Positions 48,600 to 60,915 of a stretch of 64,000 nucleotides of DNA are shown piece by piece; within the stretch, counting starts at the first letter, position 1, and each line of letters opens with the position of its first letter. Source of the stretch: Raillietiella orientalis (lineage: Eukaryota); assembly GCA_036172245.1 (NCBI GenBank), contig JAYWIR010000004.1:186001-250000 (forward strand), in the 5' to 3' direction. The translations under genes and the position numbers were made by a program. Under the pieces are notes generated by a model. That model was not told where the DNA came from. It searched no databases and saw nothing but the letters and a program-made list of their open reading frames with translations.

Positions 48600-49450
48600 T
48601 TTTTTGGTTCGATAAGTCCTGAAGAACCGTTCCTCTTGGGGGGGAGGAATGCCGAAAGGAACCCCCCACTCTGATCGTCTCCGAAGGGAACCCCAGAGAA
48701 AACCTCTTCTTTATTCTCTCCGGAGGAACTTCCCGGTTTGTGGAAGCCACTCCTCATTCTTCCCCGGACGGACCTCCCGGAAAGGATCTGCTCCTCGTTT
48801 TCGCTTCCTCTCAAGAGAACTTCGAAGGGAGACTTCCAGATCTCCCTGATGGGCACACCCCGAAGGGAGCAGCGCACTTCATACTCTGAAGAGGTATCGA
48901 TCCGTCAGCTCTATGATATGCGATGGAGGGTCTCCTCTCCCCCCTCCGAAAAAGGGAACGACTCCATTTTCACAAACGGAGGGAAACCTAGAAAGGAATC
49001 GGCTCCTTGATTCCTGGAAGGACCCCGGAGGGTCGACTTCCAATCCTGGCCAATCAACAGGGGCATCCGGTTTCCGCATCCAGAGCCTGTAGGCCAGCCA
49101 ACGTCATCCGTCAACCAACATCTCGGGGAGGGAGGGGGGCCTTGCAACCCACTACGCATCCATTTCTCGGCGTCGATCCTCACGTGGGGATTCGAACCCG
49201 TAGGGATTCGAAGCGAGGGAGACCGTAGGCAGACGGCTGCCAACTAGATCTTTCGCTATCGGGAAAGGTGAGGGAAAACGGACAAGGAAAGGTGATCCAG
49301 ACAAAGGTAAATAGGGCAGGGAGACACACGTGCGGGCTGAAGACGGAGAGAGCGCGGAGCTCCCATCACCACCATTTCCAACCTAGAGAGGGGAGCGTAG
49401 AAGAACACCTGTGTTCTCTCGGCCTTCCACGAGCAGATCTCCCTTCGATC
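48600..49450 (+). mobile_element. Decayed RTE-like LINE, C-terminal part
   Basis: GGMPKGTPHSDRL (~GVRQGDPLSPxL), HFSASILTWGFEPVG (~LPxLTYGxETW), GKTDKER (~GxxxxDR), NRAGRHTCG..FQPREG (~WAGHxxR..WxPxxG). Confidence 0.45.
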
Positions 49451-49949
49451 CCGAGGCGCACCGGGATGACGTGTCAGCGAGCACGCTTTCGACGTCCCTC
49501 CAGGAGTGGTACAGCAAGGAGAAGAGGGACTCCGGCTCTGAAGGTGCCAGTTCCTTATTGTACTCTTGGGAGATGGTTGAATGGGGCATCATTTAAGCTG
49601 GACCACGTTTCTTCCTTTCCTCCGCCGCCAAGAGGCGTTGCAGTGAGGGGTCACTGAGCTGTACGCGGACGACCCGGAGGGAATCGGCGGGAGAACGAAC
49701 GAACAAACAAAAAGCAAACAAAGGTGCGATCGAGAGCAAAGACGAAGGCTGGCGCCGCCAACGCTGTGGAAAGCTCCGTTCTTGGGTCGCCAGTTGACCG
49801 GCAACGGGGTCAGCACGGAAGCCTTTGCTGGACAGCCAGAAAAGAGAGACCGTTTGGAAAACCCTCGCGGAATCCCCGACGCTCCTCCGGAGATGCCGGA
49901 GCGAAGAGAGCCCCTCCGGAGCTAGGGGCGTCCTCCGGAATGACAGGAA

Positions 49950-50600
49950 GCACCCGGTCAGGAGAAGATCACGGTGTCTGCTAGGAGGAGGCAGCGAACG
50001 AGGTGCTCTGCGCGCCTCGAGCGACCAAGCCACACAACTCCGAGGTCGGCGGGCGGGACATCGCTATCTGTGCAAAAGAGAAAGGCAGAAACTCGTTTCC
50101 AAGGAACTCTTCAGGGGCAGTGCATGGAAGCAGTTGGTTAGCAAAACCCTCCGACGCCCGTTACCCACCAATCCCTAAGTACAACATAATCGCTACATGT
50201 AGTGCTCAAGGATCTTCCGCAACTCTCAGGTATCGTTATGCCGCAGCAAGAATGATGGCTTCCATGCCTACGCCAACTGCAGATGGAACTCGACGAAGAG
50301 ACCTGCGCGGCCGACATCCTGAGGGCAGGCAGCCTCTATCCTGGTATCCCGATGTCCTCAGAAGGCCTTGAAAGAGGAGAATGCCTACCGGAGCAAACAG
50401 AGATGTTGCCCCCCGGTTGCATCCAGCCTCCGGTGCCAGCCAGCATTGCTGAGCCCCCTCCACCTTCACGAGAAAAATTCGCTGCTGATCGCCTCCCGCA
50501 GATTAAGGAGCGTCCGTCCAAGGGGGCGTGCCCTTTTTTCCGCACTTTCGAAGGGGAAGGGAGGTCAGGCAGCGCGGCGCACAGAGGCTCTTAATTAGGG
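49950..50600 (+). mobile_element. Possible Ty3/Gypsy reverse transcriptase relic
   Basis: AKEKG..RYPPIP..IIATC (~KKDG..YPLPxxxDI), QMELDEET (~QxxLDEES). Confidence 0.35.
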
Positions 50601-51649
50601 GTGCCGAGCCCGGGGCGCTTTCCTCAGAGCAGTTCGCCGCCGATGAAAGTCTCCCACCGGCCCGGCTGGCTCGTCCGGATCGATCCAAGCCCACCTGCCT
50701 GAACTCATCCTGCGGCCGCTTCCAGGGGCGCTAGCGGTGGAGCAGCAGAAGTCGCAGGATCCCGGCATCACTGATGCGTCGGACTACTTCCGCTCCCCGA
50801 ACTGCGCCGGCGCGGCACTTCCGCTGGTCGGCCCGGTCCGGTCCACCTCAGGGTTCCAGGTGCGGGTTTTTCGGGAGGGCCGAGGACTTTCCCGGGAATG
50901 CTCTGCTCCTGCGTCACCGTGGATTCAGACCTGACAGGAAAAATCCGTTCCGTGGTCGAGGGTCGGGCAGGTGCACGAGATCCCTTAGCCCGCCACGCCC
51001 TCCCCAGTAAGGAAGCTCCGGAGTGGCCATCCCTTCGTCTGCTTTGGCTGCGTGTCACCGCTTGTCTCTGAGGGGACGGAAGAGAGAGGCGCTGCTAGCA
51101 TGCCGAAGAAAGTGTTGCTTGTTTGCGCCATTGTTCCACTTGTTCCGATGACCCATCTCCCCTTCCTCTACTCCCTTCCTCCCGAGTTCCATTTGCGGAG
51201 AAGGCAAGGCGCTTCCCTAGCCCCTCCACCGGCGCTCTCCCTGGCGCTCTTCCTGGAGGTCGTTTCCTCCGAGAAACTTCGAAACTCTCTATTCCCCTCG
51301 CGCTCTCCCACTTGCGGGGCAGGGATAGGGCCTCCCTGGACGTTGCGAAGCCGTGCAAGAACGGTACTTGCCCAAGAGTTCCCGAGACAAGAGCATCCAG
51401 GTGGGAGACCCAGCCTCGGATCAGTTGCAAGAGGAAGTGAGGCGTCTCCGGCGTCCGCCTTGGAACGCCTGGAACTCGAAAAGCTGGTGGTGAGGAGGAC
51501 TCAATCGGAGATTCCCGCCTTCGAAAGAAAGATCCGATCCGTGCTGCCGTCGACTGGACCCCCGCGCTGTTCTCAAACCGCCTGTTAGGCGGCAGCAACC
51601 CGTCTCCACGTTCCATCTCCTCGAGATTCTCAGTTTCAGCTGGTGGAGC

Positions 51650-52500
51650 GCAATTAGAAAGCGCGGCCTCTGCTGACAGTGACGGATGCAGCTCGGAGCT
51701 TCCAGCAATACTTGCGCAATGGTACCACTGATTTATTGCTCAGAGAGTCCAACAGTTTTCGGCGTTTCCTTGTGCCTGTTGAGGATTGTGGGGAGTTGTT
51801 CAACGCGACTAGGATCGCGCCCATTTCCTGGCTCCACCTCCGGTTTGCAAAGCCTGCGCGCTTCCGGGTCCTCCGTCTGGATTCGCTCCGTGCCGAGTTT
51901 TCTGTCCACGTTGTTTGACCGATTTCAGGCTCTGGAGTTGCGGGAAGTCCTGAGGGCGAGCGCAGGATCGCCACCGTACCGCAGATGCGCTTATCTTCTG
52001 CTGAGGAATCTCTGGAGATCCAGTCGGCAAGCCATCCTCCCTTCTTGCTTCCGGGAGATGGTTCGACGGGCTCCTGGCTGGTTTTCCTGCGGTCCTACTG
52101 CTGCAAAGTACCCCATCTTCGATGCAAGACAGTCATTTACTAGTCAAGGGAGACTGTCCTCCTCCTCCTCTGCTTGTTCTCCCTAACTTGCGGAAGGCGA
52201 TAGACGGTACGATCTGCAAGTACCCCACGATCCAAGAAAAGAGATGTTCTCTGGGCAAGGAAGGACGAATTCTCAAGATGAACTTCGGTCTTCGGGTGTT
52301 CCGGGCCATCGAAATCGCGATCAGCAAGCGCAGGGGGCGACTAGAGGTGGCCATTTTCTTGAGAAGAGTACAGGATCCACGACTCTTCCATTTTACTCCC
52401 AGTTGCCTCCGTTTCGGGGCGAGTAGTTCTCTCCAGTTTCCATGTGAAGTTGATTCCCGCCCGATTGGCGTCTGCTTCCCAAATCCCCGTTTCCTGATCT
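51650..52500 (-). mobile_element. Possible Ty3/Gypsy integrase relic
   Basis: GRVVDP (~RVVIP), DWISR (~WISRFG), RWSQEMGAILVALNNSPQSSTG (~WxxxLxxxLxAYxNxPxSSTG). Confidence 0.4.
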
Positions 52501-55500
52501 CTGGCCTCCGTGAAAGCTACAAAATATGGTCCTTTTCACACTTTTCCGCGTCCTGCGCCACTAAGGCTTCCCCTTTTACCCTTCTTCGGATGCCTAAAAG
52601 TCAACACTTCGAGGAAGAAACGAGCCTCACGCTACAGGTGTTGTCTTGTTCGAAACGCTCGACTTGTTTGCTCTATAGATTATTTAATTTTGGTCCTTCA
52701 TCTAATGAGACGTGACTGCTTTCCATGGCCGGGCAAGGAGTGTTCCTAATGAACAGCACTAATTGCGACAGCAAGACGAAGACGAGGCCGAATAGCTTAG
52801 GTGCACCCGTTAATCATCTCGTACGAATGCTTTCAGAATCGCCATGGTAACAAACGATTCACACATACGCCTTGTTTTCGATAACATAAGGATAAATGCA
52901 CACACATACGCACGCACACACACACGGGTTTTCTCTGATACGAGCTATCAGCTCTAAAAATCTTTCGGATGCTTTCCGAAACCGCGAAGGCAACGATGCG
53001 CAGGAATTTTCGATAAGGAAGGGTTTTGACGATGGTGATCAGAGAACCGAGAAAAGACTTATTGTGCTCTTGGAGAGCGAGAACGAATTCCATAGGCAGC
53101 AGACATGAAGAAAAAGGCGTGGTCATCAACGTGCTTGCTCCGGGAGGCGAGGAGCTACCAGAAACTGGGAGGCGCTAAAGCTCGGCACCTTTTTCGTGAA
53201 GAACAACCTCTTTGGAGGAATCGAGGAGCTGCGGGAGAGAGTGCTTGGAGCATCCACACACTGCGTTCGGAGCAGAAAATGAACTCGACCTCTCTTTCCT
53301 CGTCTGCAAATGAAGGAATTCCTCGTTGCCTAGGCAACAGCTCTCCTGCAGGCTGCCGAACCAAACGTAGAAGCGAATGGATACAGAAGGAGAGTCACCA
53401 CGTGGGCCGTGTTTAACCGAGCAGATAGCCTTTGTCCGAGCTAGCGACTTGGATACCTATTGCCTCTTTTCTCCTCGACCGTGTTGGGATGGACAAACAC
53501 TGACGAAACATCCTATAAAAGAGCAAATCTAATGAGAGGCGCATCCTTGCTCTATTCGGGAACAGGCTGATGTTTACATCGTCAGGATAGCAACGGTTTC
53601 AAATCGAATCCTCCAACTCTCCAGGATGGGTCTGTGCTTGGTGGCTCGGAGAGTGTCCTAGCTGGTGCATCCCGCAGATGATACAGCCTCCTCGGATGTC
53701 GGACGACACCACCATCGACATCGCCACGAGACAGTCCGCGCAAGTTGCTGGAATTTCCAGCTCTTGTAGTACTCCATAGGGTCCCTGTGATCCATCGGAA
53801 TCCCAGCGATCCGGAGGGGATCCAGCGAACTGCGTTGGGTTCCTTCTTAGAGCCAGTGGATAAAGTCGAGGTTCCCGCACTTTCCTTCTTTCCGTTTCCG
53901 TGTCCTCCACGCGACCCTCGGATTCACCCGAACTGTCATGGGTTATTCTGTTCAGATCCCCTTCTGATCTGAGGGAGAAGCTGTAGGGGAAAGTCGCCTG
54001 CCTCCCATTGCCCCGGAAATATGGCGCCGGCAACGCACGCCTCGGATGCTGGACGACATCAACATCGGCCTCCTTTTCTCTGAGGAAAATTTCCTAGTCT
54101 CGAAGCGAAACTAGGAATTTTCTTAGTTTCGCTTCTAGGAGGACCCTCTCGTGCGTTGCAATCATCGGAGTCCGAGGACCAACTTTCAAGTTAACCACGA
54201 GGTCAGTGTCTCTCCTCCGGGATTTGAGGACCTGCGCGCCGGAGCATCCAGGAATTGCCTCGCTCTTTTTTTTTTTTTTTTACTTTCTTTTTTTTTTGAT
54301 TTCGATGTTGCTGCCGCTCATGAATTCCTTAGAACTCATTAATGCAGTCTGGATCTTTCGAGAAAGAGAGAGAGCTCGGCGAGATCACGGGAGGAGGAGA
54401 TGCCTTTCTTCTGTGCTTCTCGTCCTTCTCCGCTGTTTTGGATGAAGAGAGCCGGAGATTATGCTCTCTCGATTCCTATAGTTTCCGTGTGTAGCTGAGA
54501 TGAAGGACAAGAAGCGCCCTAGAGCAGATCGAACAACCTCCAGCGGTGACCACTGCAGCTGTCGCTGCCACCATGCCGCATCCCTGCTGGGACATTCGCC
54601 ACAGATTCTTCAGGGAGAACACAGGCCCGCGACTTTCTTAAACACCAGTTTCGGCTCGCATCACAAGAAACTCCCCCCTTGAATCTGAGAACTCATTTCC
54701 TCGTGGTCGCTCCTGCTTCGCTAGCGCTTTCATCTGCAGGACGCTGGTCATTCTTGCAGAACGACAGGCCATTCCTCGATGACCTCCTAAATCCACTCAC
54801 AGTGCAGGAGCAGGACCCAGGATGATCTCTGAGGACGTGGATTCCGCGCTTCATCTTTCTCTGATGCCCAGAAGGTGTAGGGACGTTGAGGTAGATCGGG
54901 CGCACCTCGAGCTACCGCTCTCTGAAGGGTCGCAAGTACGTGCCGAGGCTCCGAAGGGAGCACAGGACTCTGTGAGCGAAAGAGCAGGAACGCTGGGGAG
55001 GGAGTTCCGGTAGGCGCCGCCACTCCGTTCTCCCGAACCCGCAAGCAGTTCCTTGCTCCTCGCCTGGGTCGCCAGCATCGAAGCGAGAAGCCCCCAGAGC
55101 TCACGCGCCGGCCACGCACCAACTTTCCACCCCTCTCTGCTGCGTATCCGACCACCACCGTTCCGCGGTTCCCAAGGAGGCACCCAACCCGTACCATCCT
55201 CCTCACCCCCAGCTCGCTCTTGGGCGGCCGCTGCCGTGCCCCCTTGCTGCGCCATCTCCATTCGCAGATCCATTTCCGTACTTCTCCATCCGCTGCCACG
55301 GCCGCGCGAGTGTCTTGTCCGAGCGCTTTGCAGTTTCCGAATCCCATCCGGGGCACGATTCCCCCTAGGGTGTGACTATGACACACTTAGAACGACCACC
55401 GTGCTTCCCTGTGGCTTATCCGACGGGTTCTTTGCATCCCGCTGGCAAAAATATGGGACATGAAGCGTGAATGTTTTGGTTGCCCGAAGTGGCTTCGAGA

Positions 55501-57619
55501 GTGCGGTAGGCGAGGCTGCCCGGCAGCACGACGGCGGACTCCGCAGCCGTACAAGAAGGAATGTAGCCTTCGGAAACTCTCCCAGCTACCAACAGCATTA
55601 CGAGATGGCCAGAGCCAACAGCTGTCGAGGGGGAGATCTCCTATCGCCGCGTACCCCCGCCACCGTACCGCAAGTAACCTGGATTGGTCCCTTAGGTGAT
55701 CGCGAACCCCTACCTACAGGCTTCTGGATGTCTCCAGAAGCACCCGCTGGTCTCCCTTCCCTGCTTCCCTCCCCTCATTTGTCTTTGCAGAGCCTTGCCG
55801 AAAGAGGCACCTAGAAACAGAAAGAGAGACCTCCCCACATGCACGCTCGAGGTCACAGGTCGAGAACCCAAGTCGCGGAACCACTAGGGGGGCATCGAAA
55901 AAAGAAGGCATTCCGGCATCAAGAGAGAAAGTCCTGTGCTCGACAGATGGCGCTCGGCTCCCAAATTGAACTGCGAGGCGTCTTCGCTCCTCTCCTTTCT
56001 GCAGATTCCCGCAACCCGGAAGGGGTCTCTGCTTCCTTGCTTTCCTGGAGGCCCTCAGACACCGCTGACACACCTGGAACCCTCCTCACCTCCATTCCTC
56101 CTCTGCTCAGACAGTCGGCGCCTTTTCCCGAGGGGAGAAGATGGGCAAGCAAAGGAGGGGGGGGGGGCTCCGGCTCTCGAGCCTGAGGCTTGGAGCCCCT
56201 GACCTTTCCAAGGAGAGCTCCAGGCGCCGAGCGGGTAGGGCCCTTCTAAGAGAGTCCTCGGAGCCGGTGCGGCTGTCCATCCTTCCCCCCCTTCGCAGAA
56301 TCCTCTCTTTCGGAGACGGCGCTTCTCCTCCGTGGGCGCCGCGCCCTGCTCGTGTGGGCGTCCTCGCTTTTATGGCTCCGGGACCATTCCGCCTCCTGCC
56401 TCCCGCTCTTCCGCATACCTCTGCGTGGAACCCAAGCCGATAGCGCGCGTGCCAGCGGGCGAGGCGGCCGGTGGTCGCTCCGCGCCTTCCTCGACGCGTA
56501 GCGGAAGAGAAGCCCAGTCGGATTGGCTCCACCGGGAGGGGGGGGTAAAGTGATCAGGGGGAGAAAGCGCCAGAGAAGTGCCGCTCCGCATTCCTTCTTG
56601 TTTGGCTTCTCGTCTCGCGTCTGCAGCTGACCGGGATGCTGGTCGCTCCGGATGGAGGAGCTGCACGGCAAGGGGTCTAGGAGATGGGCGGGCGGCAAAG
56701 CGGCAACCTCTCCTGTTGTTCCCCCTTGGGAAGGATCCTAAATGACGCATCCAGGAGTAGGCTGGGGGTCTGGGTTCCCAGTCGGCTGGAGAAGTCGACA
56801 TCTTGGGTGCTCCGGCGACGGCGCCGACAGCGCTTCTCTAGGTGGAGGAAAGACAGGCGCACTTCCGAGTTGCCAAGAGGGCGAGAGACCACTCCACGCG
56901 TTCCAGAGGAAGGGCACGTCCATGCTTCTGGCCCTTCCACACCTCCTTTACTCTCCCTGGAAAGCTCGGAGTAGCCCCGAGAGAGAAGGAGGGCCCGGGA
57001 AGAGCACGGGCTGCCTTCTTTCATCGAGCCTCATTCAAAAGCGGGTGGGCAACGGATCCCTCCCTTTCCTCACAAATGGCCGGCCCCCTCTGCCCTGGGA
57101 CCACAAAGTCGGCAATGCATGTCGAGGAAGAGCTCAACCAGCGCTCGGACGCCCGAAGGAGTCCTGGGAGAGGGAAGAGGAATCATCCGGTAGTCCTGGG
57201 TCTTCCACCAAAGAACCAAGTCGCGCGAGGGAAGGCCGATCGGGCGACAATGCCAAGGGCCTTCAGCCCAGCTGACGTGCAGTGTGGTCACAACGGGATG
57301 ACACACTCGCGTGGCGTAGCCATAGTTGCCTATAGTTACCTGGTCTCGGAACATGGTTGCATCCGTGATCGTTGCATGGCTACATGTACAGCTTCAGAGT
57401 TGCACTTACACCGGACGATGGAGTGCACTTACAATGTGGTCGCGCATGGCAATTGTGCACAACGTGGTCGTGAAATGGCCATACCTTACATAACTGTAAT
57501 TAACTACAATGCATTACAATATAATGTGGCTATACTTTTAATGTAGTCCTAGCGAGGTTGCACGCATCACGATTATGTATTCATGCATAGCGTCTTCCTA
57601 CGTAATGCAGTTGCTGTTT

Positions 57620-58400
57620 ACAGAGATTTGCCGGATGATGGAGCCGTCTCCGGTTGAACCAAGCTTCCAGACTTGAATGAGGAAAGAAGGACTCGGAGAA
57701 GACGAATGCGGTGGCCGAGTGCTCCGTACACGTTTGAAACGGAACACCCAATGATCGGAAGGAGTCCTTGATGAGAACTGCTAAAGGAAGGGATCAAGTG
57801 GTTCGGAGGCAAGAATGTTCAATCGCCCTGCCATCCTGAAGAGATGAGTAGGCAGCGCGAGGATAACCCCCTCACTTGTCGGCGTATCAGCCAAGCTATC
57901 TGGAGGGTGGTACCAATCTCTTGAACCTCAGGGAGAACAATGTCTCGGACTCGTCAAGGGTGCTATTGGGGGAAGTGCGATGCCCTGCCGACTGAACTCG
58001 TTCGAAGCCATTCGATACCGCAATTCCAAGGAGGAGAGAGTTCATTGTTGTTCGTTGCCATGGTTGATGATGCAAAGTTTTAGAGGTTCGGAGGAAATTT
58101 TCAAGATAGGCATCATTAATTGAAGCTGATGTTCAGCCTTGAAGGCATGAGTATCGATTAATGATTTCAGGTTGAGAAACCCAAGTCATATCTCAGTCTC
58201 ACTACAGACGGATGCAGGGGCGGAGAGGTGGCTGTGAAAAATGTAAAGCAGGTATTTCGAAGGTGCGAGTGCATCATTGCGCAAGACGCGATGCCCTCTG
58301 GCCGGTCATCTGGAAGCAGGAAAGCAAAATGCTCTGATTAGTGGACAGCTCGCGATCTGAAGATGCCAATTGACAAGAAAGAAAGCAAACACGTGGCATC
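57620..58400 (-). mobile_element. Decayed LINE reverse transcriptase
   Basis: YDLGFST*NH*SIL (~LDxxKAFDxVxH), SRQGIALPP (~PQGSxLxP), and YADK at ~57886-57875 about 35 codons later (~YADD), then a WQ..F.P thumb remnant. Confidence 0.55.
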
Positions 58401-58619
58401 CGCTTCGGACCACAAGCAAGCTCTTAGCCACGAATGGAGATCATGGTCCTAGCCAATGTTCTTTCAAGGGAGAATTATAATGTGAGGTTGGGGAAATAAT
58501 AAGTCCTAGCTATAACATGAAGGAAGAGAAAACATGCATGATAAAATCATGAAAGTCATGCATGTTTATCATGTATGATAAAATCTTGCATAATAAACAT
58601 GCATGATAAAGTTAGCATC

Positions 58620-59420
58620 TGTTGCTCCACTTGTGAGGCAGACGATTCAGATACACATGGAAGATAGCAAGCATGGACCAAGGATCTTTAAGAAACTGCA
58701 AGCTGCTCGCAAGCGGGCGAAAAATCTCCGATCAAAGATGCCGAGTATACGAGCAGCAGAATGCACAGTTGCATATCTTGATGGAAAGTCGTCGGCTGAT
58801 CCTTGCAGATGGATGCACAGTTGATATGCCTTCAAGATGAACCCAATTCACATTGCAATGCAACTCAGCCAGTTTAACATGCAGTTGCAGCATTCCCGGA
58901 ACAGTCAGCTCCAGGACTGTAACGTAAATTCGTTCGTCCCCATTTCAAAGCGCGAAATTGCTATCGTGGTGGTCCAGTCAGCAGTTGCGGCTGTTGAGCT
59001 GCAAAATTTTTCTTAACGCCAAAGAAATGGTGCATCGGAGTCGCAAACTGTAGTCATGAGGAAGTACTTTAGTCTGAGGAGAGACACACGCAATAAAACT
59101 CCTGCAAATGAGAGGAATCATCCCTCTATGTTTTTTCCCCAAAATCGAATGCACGAGCATCTGTGCACTTTGCCTCGGAATGCAACACAGAAGGAAATGG
59201 CTACCAAGAAAATCGCAGCGCCTCAACGCGGCATGTAGAGGTATTCCTTCCATAAATCCAACGAAATTCTGTACACAGCAAGTGATGATCTCTTTGGTAC
59301 ATCACAAATCCGTTCACGGCTCTGATTCCTGGAGAAAATTCCTTCTCCGTTTGTTTTTGGAACAACGTGATCCCTGCTGCTTAGAAGTGATCTCTTGCGA
59401 AAGTACAGAATAGATCCGAA
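58620..59420 (-). mobile_element. Decayed hAT (Buster-like) transposase core
   Basis: KTNGEGIF (~TTGExIF), KEIITCC..FMEG (~NIxACxTDGAxxMxG), CCIPRQ (~HCxIHRQ), LDHHDSNFAL*NG (~LLHTEVRWLSxG), YQLCIHLQG (~NxLNLxLQG), collinear. Confidence 0.5.
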
Positions 59421-59499
59421 TGGGGCGTCCATCCCATCCCAAACACGCAGGCAACCTCCCCGTTATTTCTGCCTTTCCATTCTGCCGTTCTATCGTTTT

Positions 59500-60250
59500 T
59501 CTCACACCAGATCGAAGTAACCGAAGCTGATGAGCAGTCTTGCTCGAGAAATCGCTTCAAGAGCAGGCGCCCTCTAGCTTAGAGTCCTTATAGAGACTGA
59601 TCGGCAAGCAAAAGATCAAGGCTGGAAGTCACTTCCGGGAACTGCTGCTGTCTTCCTTCCATTTTGCCCTCCATAGCAATGCCGTCTCGTCAACAACCGA
59701 TGCAGCCATCCAGTCACGAGGGCTTTTCAAGCTTCTTGAAAGATAATAAGGCGGGAGTGATGGCTTGAGGTCACATAAGGATTGGGAAATATAAAGTTAA
59801 TGAAGACTTGGGAATTTTTCTTTTAATAGATGGCAGCGTGAAGGTGAAAGGGAGGGTGTGCCGAGGATTGTGATTCTTATGAAGAGGGCAGTGACTCCTA
59901 ATTTGATGGGGACTGATTGCAAGACAGAGTAGGCAAATAGGAAACATCATTCCAGTTGAGTATGGATGAGAAAGGAGAAAGGGGCACGAATGGGTTTGAG
60001 GGTTAAAAGCTATCTTTTGAAATTGATGCGTCAGACAAGGAGGAGGATGTGGCAGGAATAAGGTCAAGCCAAAGATTCAAAGCGCCCATCCGAACCCACG
60101 GAGGGCATTGAGAGCATGAAGACGTCCTGACCATCCTTTAAAGATGGGAACCACAAAGGAGCAAAACTCATGGGAACAGTTGAACGGTTCACAGTGAGGG
60201 GTTACAGCTCCTTACGACCGATCCACGGCATGCCGAAGATACTCATCAAA
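59500..60250 (-). mobile_element. Decayed LINE reverse transcriptase C-terminus
   Basis: QKIAFNPQT (~WxIxFNPxKT), IKRKIPKSSLTLYF (~LxxxLxxLY), KKLEK. Confidence 0.4.
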
Positions 60251-60799
60251 AGTGCATTTTCGGAAAACGATCCTCCTCAGAAGCCTTCAAAGAAATCACT
60301 GACTGAGTAGAGATAGCCGAATAATCTTGATGGTCTGCTGGATTTGCGTTTCCCGTTATTGCATGACTGAAAACATCTTCACTTTTCAAGCTCTGCACAG
60401 CCATTTTCTGCTCCGCCATTTTACGGCTTGACGTTCCACTAATGGCAATGTCTGGCAACTTCACCATTCGATGTGCTGTGCAATGGGGACCGCTGGAGAC
60501 CCGGCCAATCGAAATCGAAAATTCGAACATGAGGAAGTGCAAGCTTTACCTTTAAATTTGGAAAACGGGACCCTCCTTTAGAAGGAAAGTGGCGAATGCT
60601 TTCGATCGAGTCTTCCTCCCTATTCTTCTCCCCCCCCCCCTCCTTCCAGTCTCTCTCTTTCCCTATATTTCATCGCTCTTGGAGGCTTGGGATCTTCTCA
60701 GAAACCCCAAGCGGCGTCGATGATGGACATTCCGTGCATCCGCCATTGCTCCGGATAACCGCACGGGCGGTGCCGCGTCGCAGTAGCCGTGTCGGACTA

Positions 60800-60915
60800 G
60801 CCGATGGCTGCTTTTATTTTGACAACAACCCCGAGCAGCTCGCCACTGGCAAGTTGTGCAAACTCGATTTGCAGCTCGCATGTAAACACAACACATACAA
60901 TTTTCGTATCAATAA
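60800..60915 (+). mobile_element. Possible BED zinc-finger relic (hAT N-terminus)
   Basis: CFYFDNNPEQLATGKLCKLDL..HNTYNFR resembles WxYF..AxCxLC..TSNL. Confidence 0.3.
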
